NCBI GenBank assembly: GCA_020636155.1
Contig: JACJYM010000001.1
Coordinates: forward strand, 282,627 to 346,626
Length of the DNA stretch: 64,000 nt
DNA from: Lewinellaceae bacterium
GTDB taxonomy: Bacteria > Bacteroidota > Bacteroidia > Chitinophagales > Saprospiraceae
Direction: 5' to 3'
The position numbers and the translations under genes are program-made. The notes under the pieces are model-generated. The model saw only the letters and a program-made list of their open reading frames with translations, was not told where the DNA came from and did no database searches. Of this stretch, positions 11,001-22,900 are shown one piece after another (within the stretch, counting starts at the first letter, position 1; the number at the start of each line of letters is the position of its first letter).

Positions 11001-13828
11001 ACCGCTGTTTTTCTAACAGTAGTTCCACACCACCATTCGCCAATTTCCCAAGTTCTTTCAATGATTTTTTGGCAAGGTGTCTGAGCTACTACTTTATCAG
11101 AATAGTCGACATAACCGTTGCAAATAACCCCTTGAGTAAATGGATACAATGGAATTCCATTATAAGAAGGAACTCCAAAAAGGTTGACAGGTACTTCTTC
11201 ATCAAATCCAACGACACTGCAGCTCACTGTATTGAGACCAGAAGTATTTGGTATAAAAGCCAAATTAACATCTCCTCTAAGTAAATTTACGGTTTGTTCG
11301 CAGATGTCACTCTCATTTCCAAAAGCATCCACTGCCTTCCAATATCGAATATATTTTCCGGTGTAATCTCCACAAGATAAATTTTCATAGACTTGGTCAA
11401 CTAGCACTAGTTCTGCACCACAATTATCCATGACTGTAGGTTGAGGAGCATCATTAATATCAGTTAAGCATGAAATTTCAACATCTTCACACAATATGGT
11501 GGGAGCCACTTCATCTTGAATGAAAACTTTTCCCCAGCAACAGTTTCCTTGGCAGCAAACCATATAATCGAATGTACGACCCACATCATCCACGGTGAAA
11601 TAGTTTGGAACTATGACACCATGATCATTTGTAATCGTAAATTCACAATTATCAGGACAACCATAATAATCGCCTAATAAGGTCATTTCTGTATTTAAGC
11701 TTCCATCGCAAGTCAAGTAATCTAAACTTAGATTTATATCTTTATTACACACAATTCCATCAACTGGATATTCTAATACTGTAATTTCAACATTACATAT
11801 AGAAGTGTTACCATAAATATCACTCGCCATAAAACTCAAGACATGAGTGCCGATAGGGAATAAATCTCCACTAGAAAGACCCGTGACATCAACTTGAATT
11901 ATTTGATCTAGTTCACAGTTATCTTCTGCTTCAGGAGCATCAAATAAAACTACAACTTCACATTCATTGGCACCTAATTGAATGGGATCTATCGTCGGGC
12001 AAAAAGTAAAAACTGGTCTGATGGTATCTAACACTGTAATTTCGAAAGAACAAGTAGATGTATTTCCATTGCCATCTTCAGCCTGGAAAGTTACGGTATG
12101 AGTTCCGGCTGGGATGGCCTCTCCATCCTCTGCTCCTTCAACTGAATCTGAGAGAGGACCTGCTAATTGAGTAATTGTTACTTGATTATATTCTAAATTA
12201 CTGATATCAAATGTTGTCGTTGCAAATTGGTTATTAGATCTAACGATGAAGCAAAATTCTTGACCTGCTGTAAGGGCAATTTCTTCGCTACCAGATGCAT
12301 TAGAGTCTGAACCTGTCGCTAATATGGTTTGAGCACCATCAATGGAGTAAGCTGGCTCGTCATTGATGAGTTGAGCACCACCACCTATTGCTTCCGCTTC
12401 CCAATCAAAACTGAGTGTTCCATCAGAAACAACGGTCATACAGTACATCCAATCAGTATTAGTTCCTGCTGTTCCATCTGTTGTTCCGGTCAAGGAAATT
12501 GCATCCGGTGCATCTGCCGTATCTACTTCTCCATCAGTTCCATCGCCTACTGAACTTTCTGTCCAAACCAACGGATCAAAAGACCCTGCAAATCCTACAG
12601 AGTTACAAGCATCTGATGCAGTGGCACTTTCAAAATATACTGTTGTCATACAAGACGCAGGATCGGTCAAATATACGGTGAAGTCTGCTGGACAAACCAT
12701 ATTCGGACCTACATCAGAGGCATCATTTACAGTAATCTGAAATGAACAAGTTGCGGTTTGATTTCCAGCATCCGTATATTCATAAGATATCGTGTAAATA
12801 CCAGGACTCACTAAGTCCCCATCTCCTGCACCAGCTGAAGAATCGCTGACAGGGCCAGAAGTCTGAACTAAATTTTCAGGAATGATAGGACAATTATCCT
12901 CTACTACTGGTAAATCCCAATAGAGTGTTGTATCACATGATGTGCTAGCTAAAATATCTACCTCGAAATCCAATGGGCAAGTAATTATAGGTGGATTGTC
13001 AGTGACAGTAACCGAAAAACTACACTCAGCACTTGCACCGGAAGTGTTGGTTGCTGTATAAATCACCTCATAAACACCCGCACTCAACAGATCACCTAAG
13101 GCGGGACCTGAAGTCTGAGTAATTGTGATTTGATCAAATTTAAAATTTGAAATTGTCAGTGAAGTATATTCATTCTTATTGTTTGATCTTACAAAAAAGC
13201 AAAATGACTGTCCTGCATTCAAATCAAATGACTCACTTCCAGAACCAGTAAAATCAGTTCCCGATGCTAAGTACACTTCTGCACCATCAATACTGTACCC
13301 CGGCTCGTCGTTATTAAATATTCCAGGAGGATTGGGTATCGAAGCATTCCAATCAAAACTTAAGGTTCCATCGACCGGTATATCAATACAATAAAGTACA
13401 TAAGTAATTAAATCAGCGGTTCCATCACTGGTACCCTCTATGACAATTTCGTCAGGAGCTAAAGTGGCATCTACGCCATTGTTTGTCCCATCACCACCTA
13501 CAAAACTTTCAGTCCAGTTGATTGGGTCAAACAAATTTTCAAAACCTTGGGCATTACAATCATCTGTCGCATCAACAGGTTCTACCCAAGCTGCTGCTAT
13601 AGTACATTGATCAGGAGCTGTAATGGCAAGTGTAACGTCAGCCGGACAATCATTGATAACGACCGTACCGCAATCCTGAGCAGCTAAATTGCTTGATTGA
13701 ATTAATGGAATGAGCATCAGTAAAATTAAATTCAATTTTACCAGCATTGTAGAACCCTTAAGCAATTTGCTTAATTTTGGGACACTAGATGCAATTTCGA
13801 AGTGAGTTTTAGTACACATTGAGTTCAT
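8033..13828 (-). CDS. giant secreted adhesin-like protein with T9SS C-terminal sorting domain (HYR-like repeats, dockerin-like module)
   Basis: 1,931 aa. The signal peptide is 'MLVKLNLILLMLIPLIQSSNLAAQ', so the true start is probably the internal Met at 13747. It has many Cys-framed HYR-like beta-sandwich units ('..TCP.DF.V..', 'C.F.ITV.D..PP'), a dockerin-like double EF-hand 'DGDDANGVSTLDLVLIQRHILGL...DVNHDDKITASDLIQIRKLILGL' at about 8909-9112, and a C-terminal 'NNPNPFKSVSNLEYSLP..GEVMFKVFDLSGRTL' T9SS CTD at 8036-8290. Confidence 0.85.
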   Translation of the reverse strand: MNSMCTKTHFEIASSVPKLSKLLKGSTMLVKLNLILLMLIPLIQSSNLAAQDCGTVVINDCPADVTLAITAPDQCTIAAAWVEPVDATDDCNAQGFENLFDPINWTESFVGGDGTNNGVDATLAPDEIVIEGTSDGTADLITYVLYCIDIPVDGTLSFDWNASIPNPPGIFNNDEPGYSIDGAEVYLASGTDFTGSGSESFDLNAGQSFCFFVRSNNKNEYTSLTISNFKFDQITITQTSGPALGDLLSAGVYEVIYTATNTSGASAECSFSVTVTDNPPIITCPLDFEVDILASTSCDTTLYWDLPVVEDNCPIIPENLVQTSGPVSDSSAGAGDGDLVSPGIYTISYEYTDAGNQTATCSFQITVNDASDVGPNMVCPADFTVYLTDPASCMTTVYFESATASDACNSVGFAGSFDPLVWTESSVGDGTDGEVDTADAPDAISLTGTTDGTAGTNTDWMYCMTVVSDGTLSFDWEAEAIGGGAQLINDEPAYSIDGAQTILATGSDSNASGSEEIALTAGQEFCFIVRSNNQFATTTFDISNLEYNQVTITQLAGPLSDSVEGAEDGEAIPAGTHTVTFQAEDGNGNTSTCSFEITVLDTIRPVFTFCPTIDPIQLGANECEVVVLFDAPEAEDNCELDQIIQVDVTGLSSGDLFPIGTHVLSFMASDIYGNTSICNVEITVLEYPVDGIVCNKDINLSLDYLTCDGSLNTEMTLLGDYYGCPDNCEFTITNDHGVIVPNYFTVDDVGRTFDYMVCCQGNCCWGKVFIQDEVAPTILCEDVEISCLTDINDAPQPTVMDNCGAELVLVDQVYENLSCGDYTGKYIRYWKAVDAFGNESDICEQTVNLLRGDVNLAFIPNTSGLNTVSCSVVGFDEEVPVNLFGVPSYNGIPLYPFTQGVICNGYVDYSDKVVAQTPCQKIIERTWEIGEWWCGTTVRKTAVQVIRIADTEGPSITGLSDMNVSTGNYSCTAHVLLPTATVVDACADIIAVYVNWDGGSLSTNGGYADIPVGVQTVTYTAVDQCDNISKKSIVVTVRDQTDPITICDQFTTLAILPDGTTHLTAEDVDDGSFDECGPVTLDIRRMDDPCGNNGTEWSDKVYFCCADIGNTVMVVLRATDLGGNSNMCMVTVEVQDKVPSYMVCPANQTVDCGFTYDPNNLSSYFGEPTLTGGGCTDLSNVAEQANYNITSCGTGTITRHFTLTQPITGPQECYQVITFSNPAPFDESGIIWPSNYVNNDGCSVSDISPENMPAPYAEPIISEGTCDQVGFTYEDKTYPTQSNGACFKVLRNWIVIDWCQKNTDGTFKTWEYEQEIKVNNLSGPQITSGTELRHVCSYDVNCGPAYIELTASADDDCTSAEDLTWFYSVHLEDGSTINGSGNDASDIYPIGVHSVDFVVGDNCGNTALTSYDFEVENCKAPVAYCMNGLSTQLIPSDPDPSTPGDETEEVTIQAEMFNNGSYQSCNTTLEFSFSSNVNDKTRTFGCNDIGRQFLEMWVTDSNGNTSYCETFIDVIDTNEVDICLPRLAHVAGRLATEGDDEIPNALVSLNQSGLEPILTNSEGEYQFDDMQMGGNYVVNPEKDGDDANGVSTLDLVLIQRHILGLATLSSPYKIIAADVNHDDKITASDLIQIRKLILGLTPQYPDNTSWRFVNKDMTFFDETNPFTTPLEEKYYIEDFQENMNVNFIGIKIGDVNESMIMEGARANVDQARNQGQISFIAVTPISTNDVVEIPVYSIQFDEVYGFQMGMEMDGYEYVGIESAGINISNENVAFIDGTLRISWSNSNGISLDEDDAIFKLVLRKNFPNARLAISNQGITSELYKGEDLGTFNLNLEYNVLNDEKFEFMIGQNNPNPFKSVSNLEYSLPNDGEVMFKVFDLSGRTLMERNLKGNKGFNNLSINKNELNTTGVLYYQMTYNNQSVTKKMIIIE
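11760..13654 (-). repeat. internal tandem duplication (~320 aa x2) at the N-terminus of the 1931-aa protein
   Basis: Residues ~59-378 and ~379-690 are collinear paralogous units. Both have 'CPAD(V/F)T..', 'DGTLSFDW', 'NDEP.YSIDGA', 'SNL(E/K)..Q(I/V)TITQ' and 'TCSF.ITV' in the same order. Confidence 0.7.
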
Positions 13829-13860
13829 TTTTAAATTAAGTCTAGTTATGTAATTAAGAA

Positions 13861-13894
13861 TGGGGTGGAAATAAGTTGGCGCTGAAATCCACCC
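13861..13894 (-). terminator. weak hairpin between the two giant genes (possible partial terminator or attenuator)
   Basis: An 8-bp GC-rich stem, GGGGTGGA/TCCACCCC, with an 18-nt loop, lies 14 nt after the 3594-aa gene stop. It is followed by A/U-rich sequence but not a clean U-run. Confidence 0.35.
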
Positions 13895-13907
13895 CGTTCA
13901 TTTAATA

Positions 13908-16900
13908 TTATTTATTTAATAAAATCATCCTTTTACTAATCGTTGAGTTACCATCAGTAATATCATAGACATATATACCTGCGATTGGAAGATTATTTTC
14001 AGATACCTGGGTTCGATTCCAACCTTTCACTGCATTTATCTCTTTTTCATAAACCACCTTTGCATTAATGTCCTTAATGGTCAAAGTAATATTCGTCGAT
14101 TCAGGAGCATAAAATTCGATAAATGTAGAATTTGCCCAAGGGTTTGGAGTATTCTGGACTAATGCCAAAGTGTTTAATTCATTTTCCTTTAACTGCCAGT
14201 TTAAGGCCAAATTAGTTTTCTCTAATTCATGAGTATAAATTTCTGCATTAAGCCCAGTACCTATTCTCAACAATTCTGACAATCTGCCAGCCTGTTTTGC
14301 CTTTATGCTTAGAGAAATATTAACCTCTTCGTTAACTCCATTACCGTTGTATAAAATCACATTGAAATTATCTTTATGTCGTGCTGACTCAAAATTTACT
14401 ATGTTAGTCTTATCAACATTTGCACTCAGAATCTCTACTAGTGACTGATCTAAGGACAATTGCAATCCATACCACTCCGATTGAGGAATAGTGATATCAA
14501 GGTTTATTTCTTCATTTTCAGAAATATATTGATCGACAAGATTCAAATTGAACATTGCACGATTGTCATCCTTTGTTGATCTAAGTTCATCTGTATATGA
14601 ATTATTCACATCACCAATTTTAACCCCAACAAAGTCAACTATCATATTTCCATACAATTCTGGTATGTGATAAACCAAAGGATATCCTGAATTCAATGGA
14701 TTATTGATTGGGAAATCATATTTTTTATCTATGAATTTCCAGCTTGTATTATTGGCAAAAGAAGATTTCAATCCTAAAATATTCTTTCTCAATTCGATAA
14801 GGTCACTTGCACTGACTTTTTCGTCATTGTTGATGTCAGCTGCAACAATCGTATATGGATTGTCAAATTTCTGTAATCCTAAAATATGCCTTTGAATCAG
14901 AACTAAATCTAGTGTACTGACCGCCTCGAGGTGGTTAATGTTTTTATTTGGAACAACTGTATATTCGCCACCCATAGGCATATCAGAGAAAGAATAGTGT
15001 CCGTCGATACTTTGAATTTGTGGCAATTCACTACCTTCTAAATCCACCAATACATCATTGACATATTTTCCATTACTTGTTCTGAATGATCCGGTCAGGT
15101 CAACCAGATTTCCTGAACAAATATCATTTGGATCCAAAATCGTTAATATGGATTCGCAAGAATCTACAAGTACTCCATTTTCATACCAATAAATAGTTTC
15201 TGGAACATCTCCTACATCAGCACAAGTATATATCTCTTCATCTAGATTAATATCTGTCGGAGAAAATGAAAAATCAAGAACATTATCACAATCACCGAAT
15301 ACACCAAACAAGAAGTCCTCAGGTGTAACCGTTACCGTGCCATCGTCTTGGATATCTTTAAATATTTTAAAGCATTCGACAGCATAAGGTTTGGTATTTT
15401 CTATGGTTACCGTAAAGGTATCCATTGCTATATTTCCACAGTCATCTACTGCTGTAATAATAACAGTAGTAGTTCCTGTAGGATAAGTTCCAGATGCGTC
15501 TAAACTATTTGAATCGTCAGCATAAGGGCTGTTATTAGATACAGTAAGTACTGGTGTACAATCCGTTGCACTCACATTGGATAAGTCAACATATGCTTCA
15601 CATTCTGGATATGACCCTGATATTATTGTATCAGAAACGCCACTAATCACTGGTGGGAATGTATCTATTACAATCAAATACTGAGTGAAATAATACGTTG
15701 CCAAACTATCGCTATTAATCATATTACATGAATCGACCACTGTCCATACTCTTTCAAAAGTATCAATACAGATTCCTCCAGGTGTTAGATTAGTATCACT
15801 ATAATCGATTGAAACTAAAGCACACAGACCATCAACATCAGCCGTTAAAGCTCCACCCTCCAGTTGAGTAGGATCCAAGGTCGTACAATCACTTATTGTA
15901 ATTGTATCTGGTAGTGATTCATAATTTGTGTCTTCTAAATCAAATCCATTAGCCGGACTCGTTATTGTAATCACTTGTGTGCAAGGAGAACTCACATTTC
16001 CTTGTAAATCAGTACCAGTATAAGTGTATGAAATAAATCCAATACCACATTGATTGAGAGATTCAATTATTGAAATTGTATCAATTACTATCAATTCAGG
16101 TTCCGTACAATTGTCAGTAGCCGAAGGAGGAATAATTGAATAGTCCTCATTGCATACATAAGTTTGATCTACGCAAGTAAGTACCGGTGGCAAAGAATCA
16201 ATTACAGTTATCGTAATATCACAACTTGAACTCTCACCTGTACCTAAGGATACCGTTAAAGTCGTAGTAACTATTCCTAAATTAAGATCATTACAAGCCA
16301 AGAAATCTTTGGACAATTCAAAAATCAAATCTTGACCGCATATCGTTTGATCCCCAATGAAAAAATCAGCAGGATTTAAATCTGTTACACCATCTATGTC
16401 TAATGAAATAACTGTATCTTGAACACATTGAATCTCGAATTGGAAATCAATGGTCACCGTTGCTTCACAGCTAGAAGTATTACCTGCTTGATCCGTAACA
16501 TACAATATAACTGTATTATCACCTAAGTCACTACAGAATAGAGTATCCGGTTCCACTGACAAGCTAACGTCAGAACAATCATCAGTGCTTCCACCATCAA
16601 TCCAACTTGGATTAATAACCACATAATCAGTATTACTTAAGACAATCGTAGTATCTTTTGAAGCACATATTGGTGCTACCAAATCTACATTACATGGCCC
16701 TAATATTATACTTGCACCATCCGAATCATCCTCATCCCCATCAGTGTTTTCAATATCATCATCAACACTTGGACCGTCATTATCAGGGTTAATATCTGGA
16801 TCACTATCTGCATCTACTTCACCTGGAGTAGAACTAATCTCAGCATAGTTAAACAATTCAGTGTTTAGACCACAAGGGACAACAATTAAAGAGACAGGAA

Positions 16901-19900
16901 TTATCATAGATTGTCCAGGGTTAAGATTCGTATTAATATCTACGACATACTTACCATTTCCATAAAATGTCCAATCAGGGTTTAAACTTGAATCAAAAGT
17001 AAATCCACATTGTAAATAATCTACAACGCTGAATTCAGTTGCAGTAACATTTCCTTGATTGTAAATATTGATATTAAAAGTAACCGTATCACCAAAATCA
17101 TAAGGTGTATTTGGAACAATAGTTTTTGTCAATGCCAAGTCAAATACCTCTACTAACGCCGGATCTTGATCATCCTCATCGCTATTACTATTGTCAATGA
17201 CATTATCCGTATCGCTATTCGGCACTCCACCGGCATCGTTATTTACATTACTATCAGGTGTACTGTCAATATCAACTCCACCGTCAAAGCTCGAAATTTC
17301 GGCATAATTTAACCAAGCGTTCTCATCAGTACATGGTTGAAGAGTTAAAGAAATATTGAGATTTACTTCTGCACCTGCTTGGATAAATGGTATGATTTGG
17401 GTTGCGTTACCACCGGCATTCACTGTCCATGCACCTGGATTTGTATTACTCAATGTGAAACCACATGGTATGTAGTCCGTAACCATGACATTAGTTGCAT
17501 CGAGGGTTCCTTGATTTACCACATTTATTTGTAGTATCACATCATCACCATAAGTATATGGACCGGTTGATAATTCGACTTTTATTAAAGCTAAATCCAC
17601 AAACGGAACCACTGCAGGGTCATGGTCATCTTGGTTACCATCAGCGCCATCACTGTATAAATCATTGTCTCCAGGACTGTTAGGCAAAACATCTTTTTCT
17701 TGTGAAGTGTTTGAATCAGCTTCACTATCAATGTCATTTGCTGAGGTAAAACCAAAGGTATCTTCACCAAAATCTATTTCTGCATAATTAATATAATCAT
17801 CAGGATTTCCTGTATTATTTAATGTCAATGTAATAGGAACAGTAATACAAGAATCTCCAGTTGAAGGAATTCCGCCTGCTGGGATGATTCCTCCACCTTC
17901 TAATAAGCTGATTTTTGCAGTACTGCCACTTAGAGTCCAGTCGGGATCGTTTAGTGTATATCCTACAGGAATATAGTCATTGACATCTACTCTTATTACA
18001 TTTTCAGAACCTTGATTACATACTAGTATATCAAACTGTACATCACTTCCATATTGAATGGTAGATTGTGCAGCATTAAATGTTTTAATCAATGCCAAAT
18101 CAAAAGTAGGGCATATATCTACATCATTGTTGTCTTGTACTTCCACTACGACATCACAAGAACTATAATTACCGAATTCATCAATAATATAAATTGTTTT
18201 ATCATTAAACCCGATATCATAACAACTAAAGCACATCTCCTCTACCAATGTCAAAGTATCAAAACTAAAGTAATAGTCATAATCGCATGGATGAGAACTA
18301 CTTGCAGCTAAGCTTTCTGCTGTCAGACAAGCCATTTCGATATCACTTCCATTTACATGCATAAATTCTAGGGCGATGGATACTGAATCTTTGCATGCAA
18401 CGACAGGCTTTACACAATTGTTAATTTTGAAATGTTGTTCACAACTTGTGACATTTCCACACATATCTTCAAAGCTCCAAACAATGACATGTTCACCGAC
18501 AGGATAATCACCACTTGCACTCGCCGTAGGTCCCACTCCTGTCACGGGTTGTTCAAAAACTCCATCACTATTCAAATCAATTTTATATGACCATGCAAGA
18601 CTACTCGCAGGGGTACAATCATCTGTAGCTGACATAGATAACACGATAAATCCATTGTCACAATCCCCGTCATTGTTACATTCTTCAGGAACAAGATTAC
18701 AGTCGCCAACAATAGTAGGTGATATTGTATTGGATACCATGATCGTCTGATCGTGCAATGCAGGGTCTACGTCGGGTTGACAATCATCAACAATCGTCCA
18801 TCTTCTTATAATTTTGAAACAAGCACCATTAACATCTTCAATAGGAAAATATAAATCCTTGTATGTTACGCCTACTTGAGCACACACTCCATCGTCGTAC
18901 GTTGGATATCCTTGACCATCCGGCAAATTATCAGGTGATAAATCAAGAGCTGAACAATTATCAGTAATAAATACATCTTCCGGCCAATCAATCACAAAAT
19001 CAAATGGATGGTCATTTACAATAGTTATAACTTGCTGTGCTGATGCCGATCCATTGGCATCCGTTGCTTCGAAATATCTAATAATTTCACCAGTTCTACA
19101 AGTATTAATATCAACATAAGGAGTATGCTCAATTAATAATGCTCCACAAGCATCAGTAACGGTAGGTGTTCCAAATTCACTTAAGTTATTAAAGTCAATA
19201 ACCTGCTCACAACTAATTGTCATATTAGCTGGTGGAGTAATTACTGGCGGAAATTTATCTTGAACGACAACATTTACCATACAAGAATTGCTGTTACCTG
19301 CGTAATCCCAAACTCTTAATTCTACCATAGTTTGTTGTCCTACGTCATTACAACAGAAAGCCACAGATGGACCAAATTCATTGTCTAATCCACATACGTC
19401 GTTGACCTCTACTCTACGAACTTCCATGTAGGCGATTCCACATGCATCGGTACTTCCATCATCAATGCTAGAAGCATAGATATATGCGACACCATTTGAG
19501 TTGAGCCCTACGATGGTGTTTTGGTCACAAACTACTGTTGGAGGGGTCTTATCATTAACCGTCACAGTAGTCGTACAGGAATTACTATTACCACAAGCAT
19601 CATATACTCTATAAGTTATAACGTGTACACCAGTAGATAGCGTTACCAAAGCACTGCTTTGATTTTCGAAAAAGAAATCATCATCTACATGAATATCTAT
19701 AGTATAATTAGTGCCGCTACAAGCATCGTTTGCTAATGGTGAAGGCAATAAAACAGTAGCTTCACAGTTTCCACTACTAGCACTTGCGACAATCGGATCA
19801 GGACACTCAATTGTAGGTTTGTCAGTATCCACAATCTCTATAGTCTGCACAAACTCAAGTGGATCACTGAAATCACATGTAGCTTGTGCCAATGTCCATG

Positions 19901-22900
19901 TTCTCATGACTTTAGTTACACAGCCTGAGAATTCGATAATTCTATCACTATATCCTACTCCTGTGTAGCAAGCACCTTCAAATGATGGATACATAGGTAT
20001 GCCATCAATCGTAGGTACACCCGTATAGACAGGATCTGGGTTTCCTAGTTCATCTTCCGGAAAATCACCGGAACACACTAAATTATTTCCCTCTGATTTT
20101 AAAAGATCTAGAGGTGGTACGACTAGGTCAAAATCCGGTCTCTCAACCGACATTGTAATTTCACAAACCGCAGATTTGTTACCATACTGATCTATGGCCT
20201 GATATTGGCTTATTATTTCCTTTGAATAATCTGGGTCACACGTGAGTACATTGGTAACAGAGTTCAACAACACCATTTGGACTTCACCTCCACAGTTATC
20301 ATTAACTACCGGGCCAAAGAAGTTACCAATTTTATAACATGGCAATGATAGGTCTTCGCATACAATTGATGGCGCCATTTTATCCTCAACCGTAATAAAG
20401 CTCCAACAAGAATTTTGCCCACAAGATTCTACTAATTTAGCCATAACTGTGGTTCCTACATGCTCTGCAGTCAATGTTGCATTAGGAATGGCATTGCCAT
20501 AAGCATCTGTAAGCATTACTGAATATGGTGCATTCAAATCAAGTGGTATTGAAGACAACATTTGAGGTGTAACTGTCATGCTACATGATGCCCCTAATGA
20601 AAGTTGCAAATCTCCAATACAAGCCATCGCTCCTTCTACTAAACCAACACTTACGTTGAGAGGAACAATATAATAGCAATCATCTACTCCCGTAATTTCA
20701 ACATTGATTTCATATATACCAGATATACCTGCCCAATCAATGGTCACAATACTTCCACTTCCACTAATTACTCCCCCTGTAGGGTTGCTCAATGACCAAG
20801 TATAACTAGCTCCAGGGATATCTTCAGACAAACTGTAAGTTTCAGTATCTACACCGCAAATCGATGTCTTTCCACTTAATTCAAGTTGTAAAAATTCACT
20901 CGGACCATTAGAAATTTCTTTAGTGTCACCAGCATTATTGATAAATCTGATTGTATATATTGTACCAGTTTCGTACGCTACGGTAATTCTGTATTGACTC
21001 GTAATATCAGTTGTTACTGCTGTTTCGCTTAAGAGTGTACCAGCCGAAATCTCAACTGCAGGATCTGAAACCGGACTAACATACCCATTTACTACTTGCA
21101 ATACCTCCCATTCTTCACTTGGCGGTCCTTCTACCACTATATCATCTTCGAAAAATCCAGAATTCGTCGTTGCAGTACTTTGCAGACAACGTGTGTCTTC
21201 AATGTATGCATCAATGATTTTTAAAGCGGCAGGGTCATGGTCATCTTCATCTTCAACTCTATTACCGTTGATTTGATTATCCGTACTTGTATTATACTTG
21301 CCACCTGCATCATTAGACTCGTCCATATCAGGACTTGAGTCAATATCCATATCCGAAATATCTACGCCATCTTTTCCAAAAATTTGGGCAATCTCAGCGT
21401 AATTCATAAGCAAATGATGATCAGCATCTGCGTCAATTCTTACTTTGATGCTCATGATGTAGTTTTCTCCTGCACCAAGTCCATCAGGGAATTCTATTTC
21501 TCGTGTTGCAGTATGATCATTAGCCATTGTCCAATTAGAATCTTCCAATTTGGTTTCATCAGCTAGATAATCTGCAATCATGACTTTGTAAACAGGCACA
21601 TCTCCTTGGTTAAATATTTCAATAAAATATTCAACGAGTTCACCCTTTTCGACCACCGTCTTTTCTGTGTATTTTATAAGTGCTAAATCCAAGAATTTAA
21701 CATTAAGTGATACAGGATCATTGTCATCTTCATCGATTTCTCCGTGATCAGTCACCAAATTATCGGTACTTGAGTTTACCTGTCCTCCTTTATCATTGGT
21801 CAAGTTGTCATCTGCTACAGAATCAAAATCACAATTGGTTTCAGAGGATTGTTCTTGTGCTATTTCTGCATACCACACCATGTCTCCACTCGCATTCTCA
21901 TTCGTTCTAAAAATTAAGTCAAACTCACTTTTATAACTTACAGGTATACTTGCAAAATAATCAAAATAAAGTTTGTCACCAACAAGTGTCCAACCCGGAT
22001 TTTCACTAGGTTCGAAATCTAAACCTGCGGGAAGATTTACGACTAGTTTTAGAAATTCTGAAGGTAAAATACCTTGGTTATATACTGTTATAAGCGTTTT
22101 CACCTTAGTACCCAAAGTAATACTTTCATCATATTCCGTCACTTCATATTTCAATGCCATATCGAATATAGGTGGGGCTGCCGGATCATGGTCATCTTCG
22201 TCATCAGACCCGTTTCCAGTCATTACGTCATCCCATTCGGATTGAAATTCACCACCAGCATCATTGGTCACATCGTCATCCATTGTGGAATCAGAATCTA
22301 TTAAATCATTACCATCCAAATCCTTGGCGTTGACAATTTCAGCATAAAGGATGTAGTCATTAGCTGCTCCTCCCTTCACTCTTAAATTGATATAAAAATC
22401 TTTGGTTACGGTTGCATCAATACCTTTGGAAATCTTTAAATAGGCTTTGTTTCCAACTAACACCCAATCAGGGTTTAGTTCTGGTACGAATTCGTAATTT
22501 GGAGTTAAATATGCAACCAATGTATATTCGAATTCACTGAGTGTTCCTTGATTTTTAACTGATATTTTGAATGGTGCAATGTCATTCAATTTTACGCATG
22601 ATCCACCTTCATATTCATTGATAAGTGCAAGGTCAAAATTGTTTGATTCAATTAAACCAATGTCATAGTTATGATTGGTCGTCAAAGTAAATATTTCTAC
22701 TAAATAGTCAGAAGCCTTTTGTCCTGAAAAGTTGATATCACTATTTTCTAGAGACTCTGATTCATCACTAGGTTCAGTATTTACAGTAAATTCATAGATT
22801 TTACCATCATTGACGAGATATTCTTCGTCAGGAGTAAAATTGGAAACATCAATTCCAATAAAATATGTTTTTAACGGAATTAGATTATCAAAAATGTATT

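Noticed and set aside
8124-13394. Numerous 60-130-aa plus-strand ORFs (e.g. 8124-8384, 8588-8923, 9440-9835, 10907-11284, 12329-12553, 13179-13394) inside the 1931-aa gene
   Set aside because: They are antisense to a long, clearly coding minus-strand frame with conserved domain repeats. Their translations are Cys/Ile/Thr/Ser-rich low-complexity sequences of the kind expected from the reverse complement of a Thr/Asp/Gly-rich gene.
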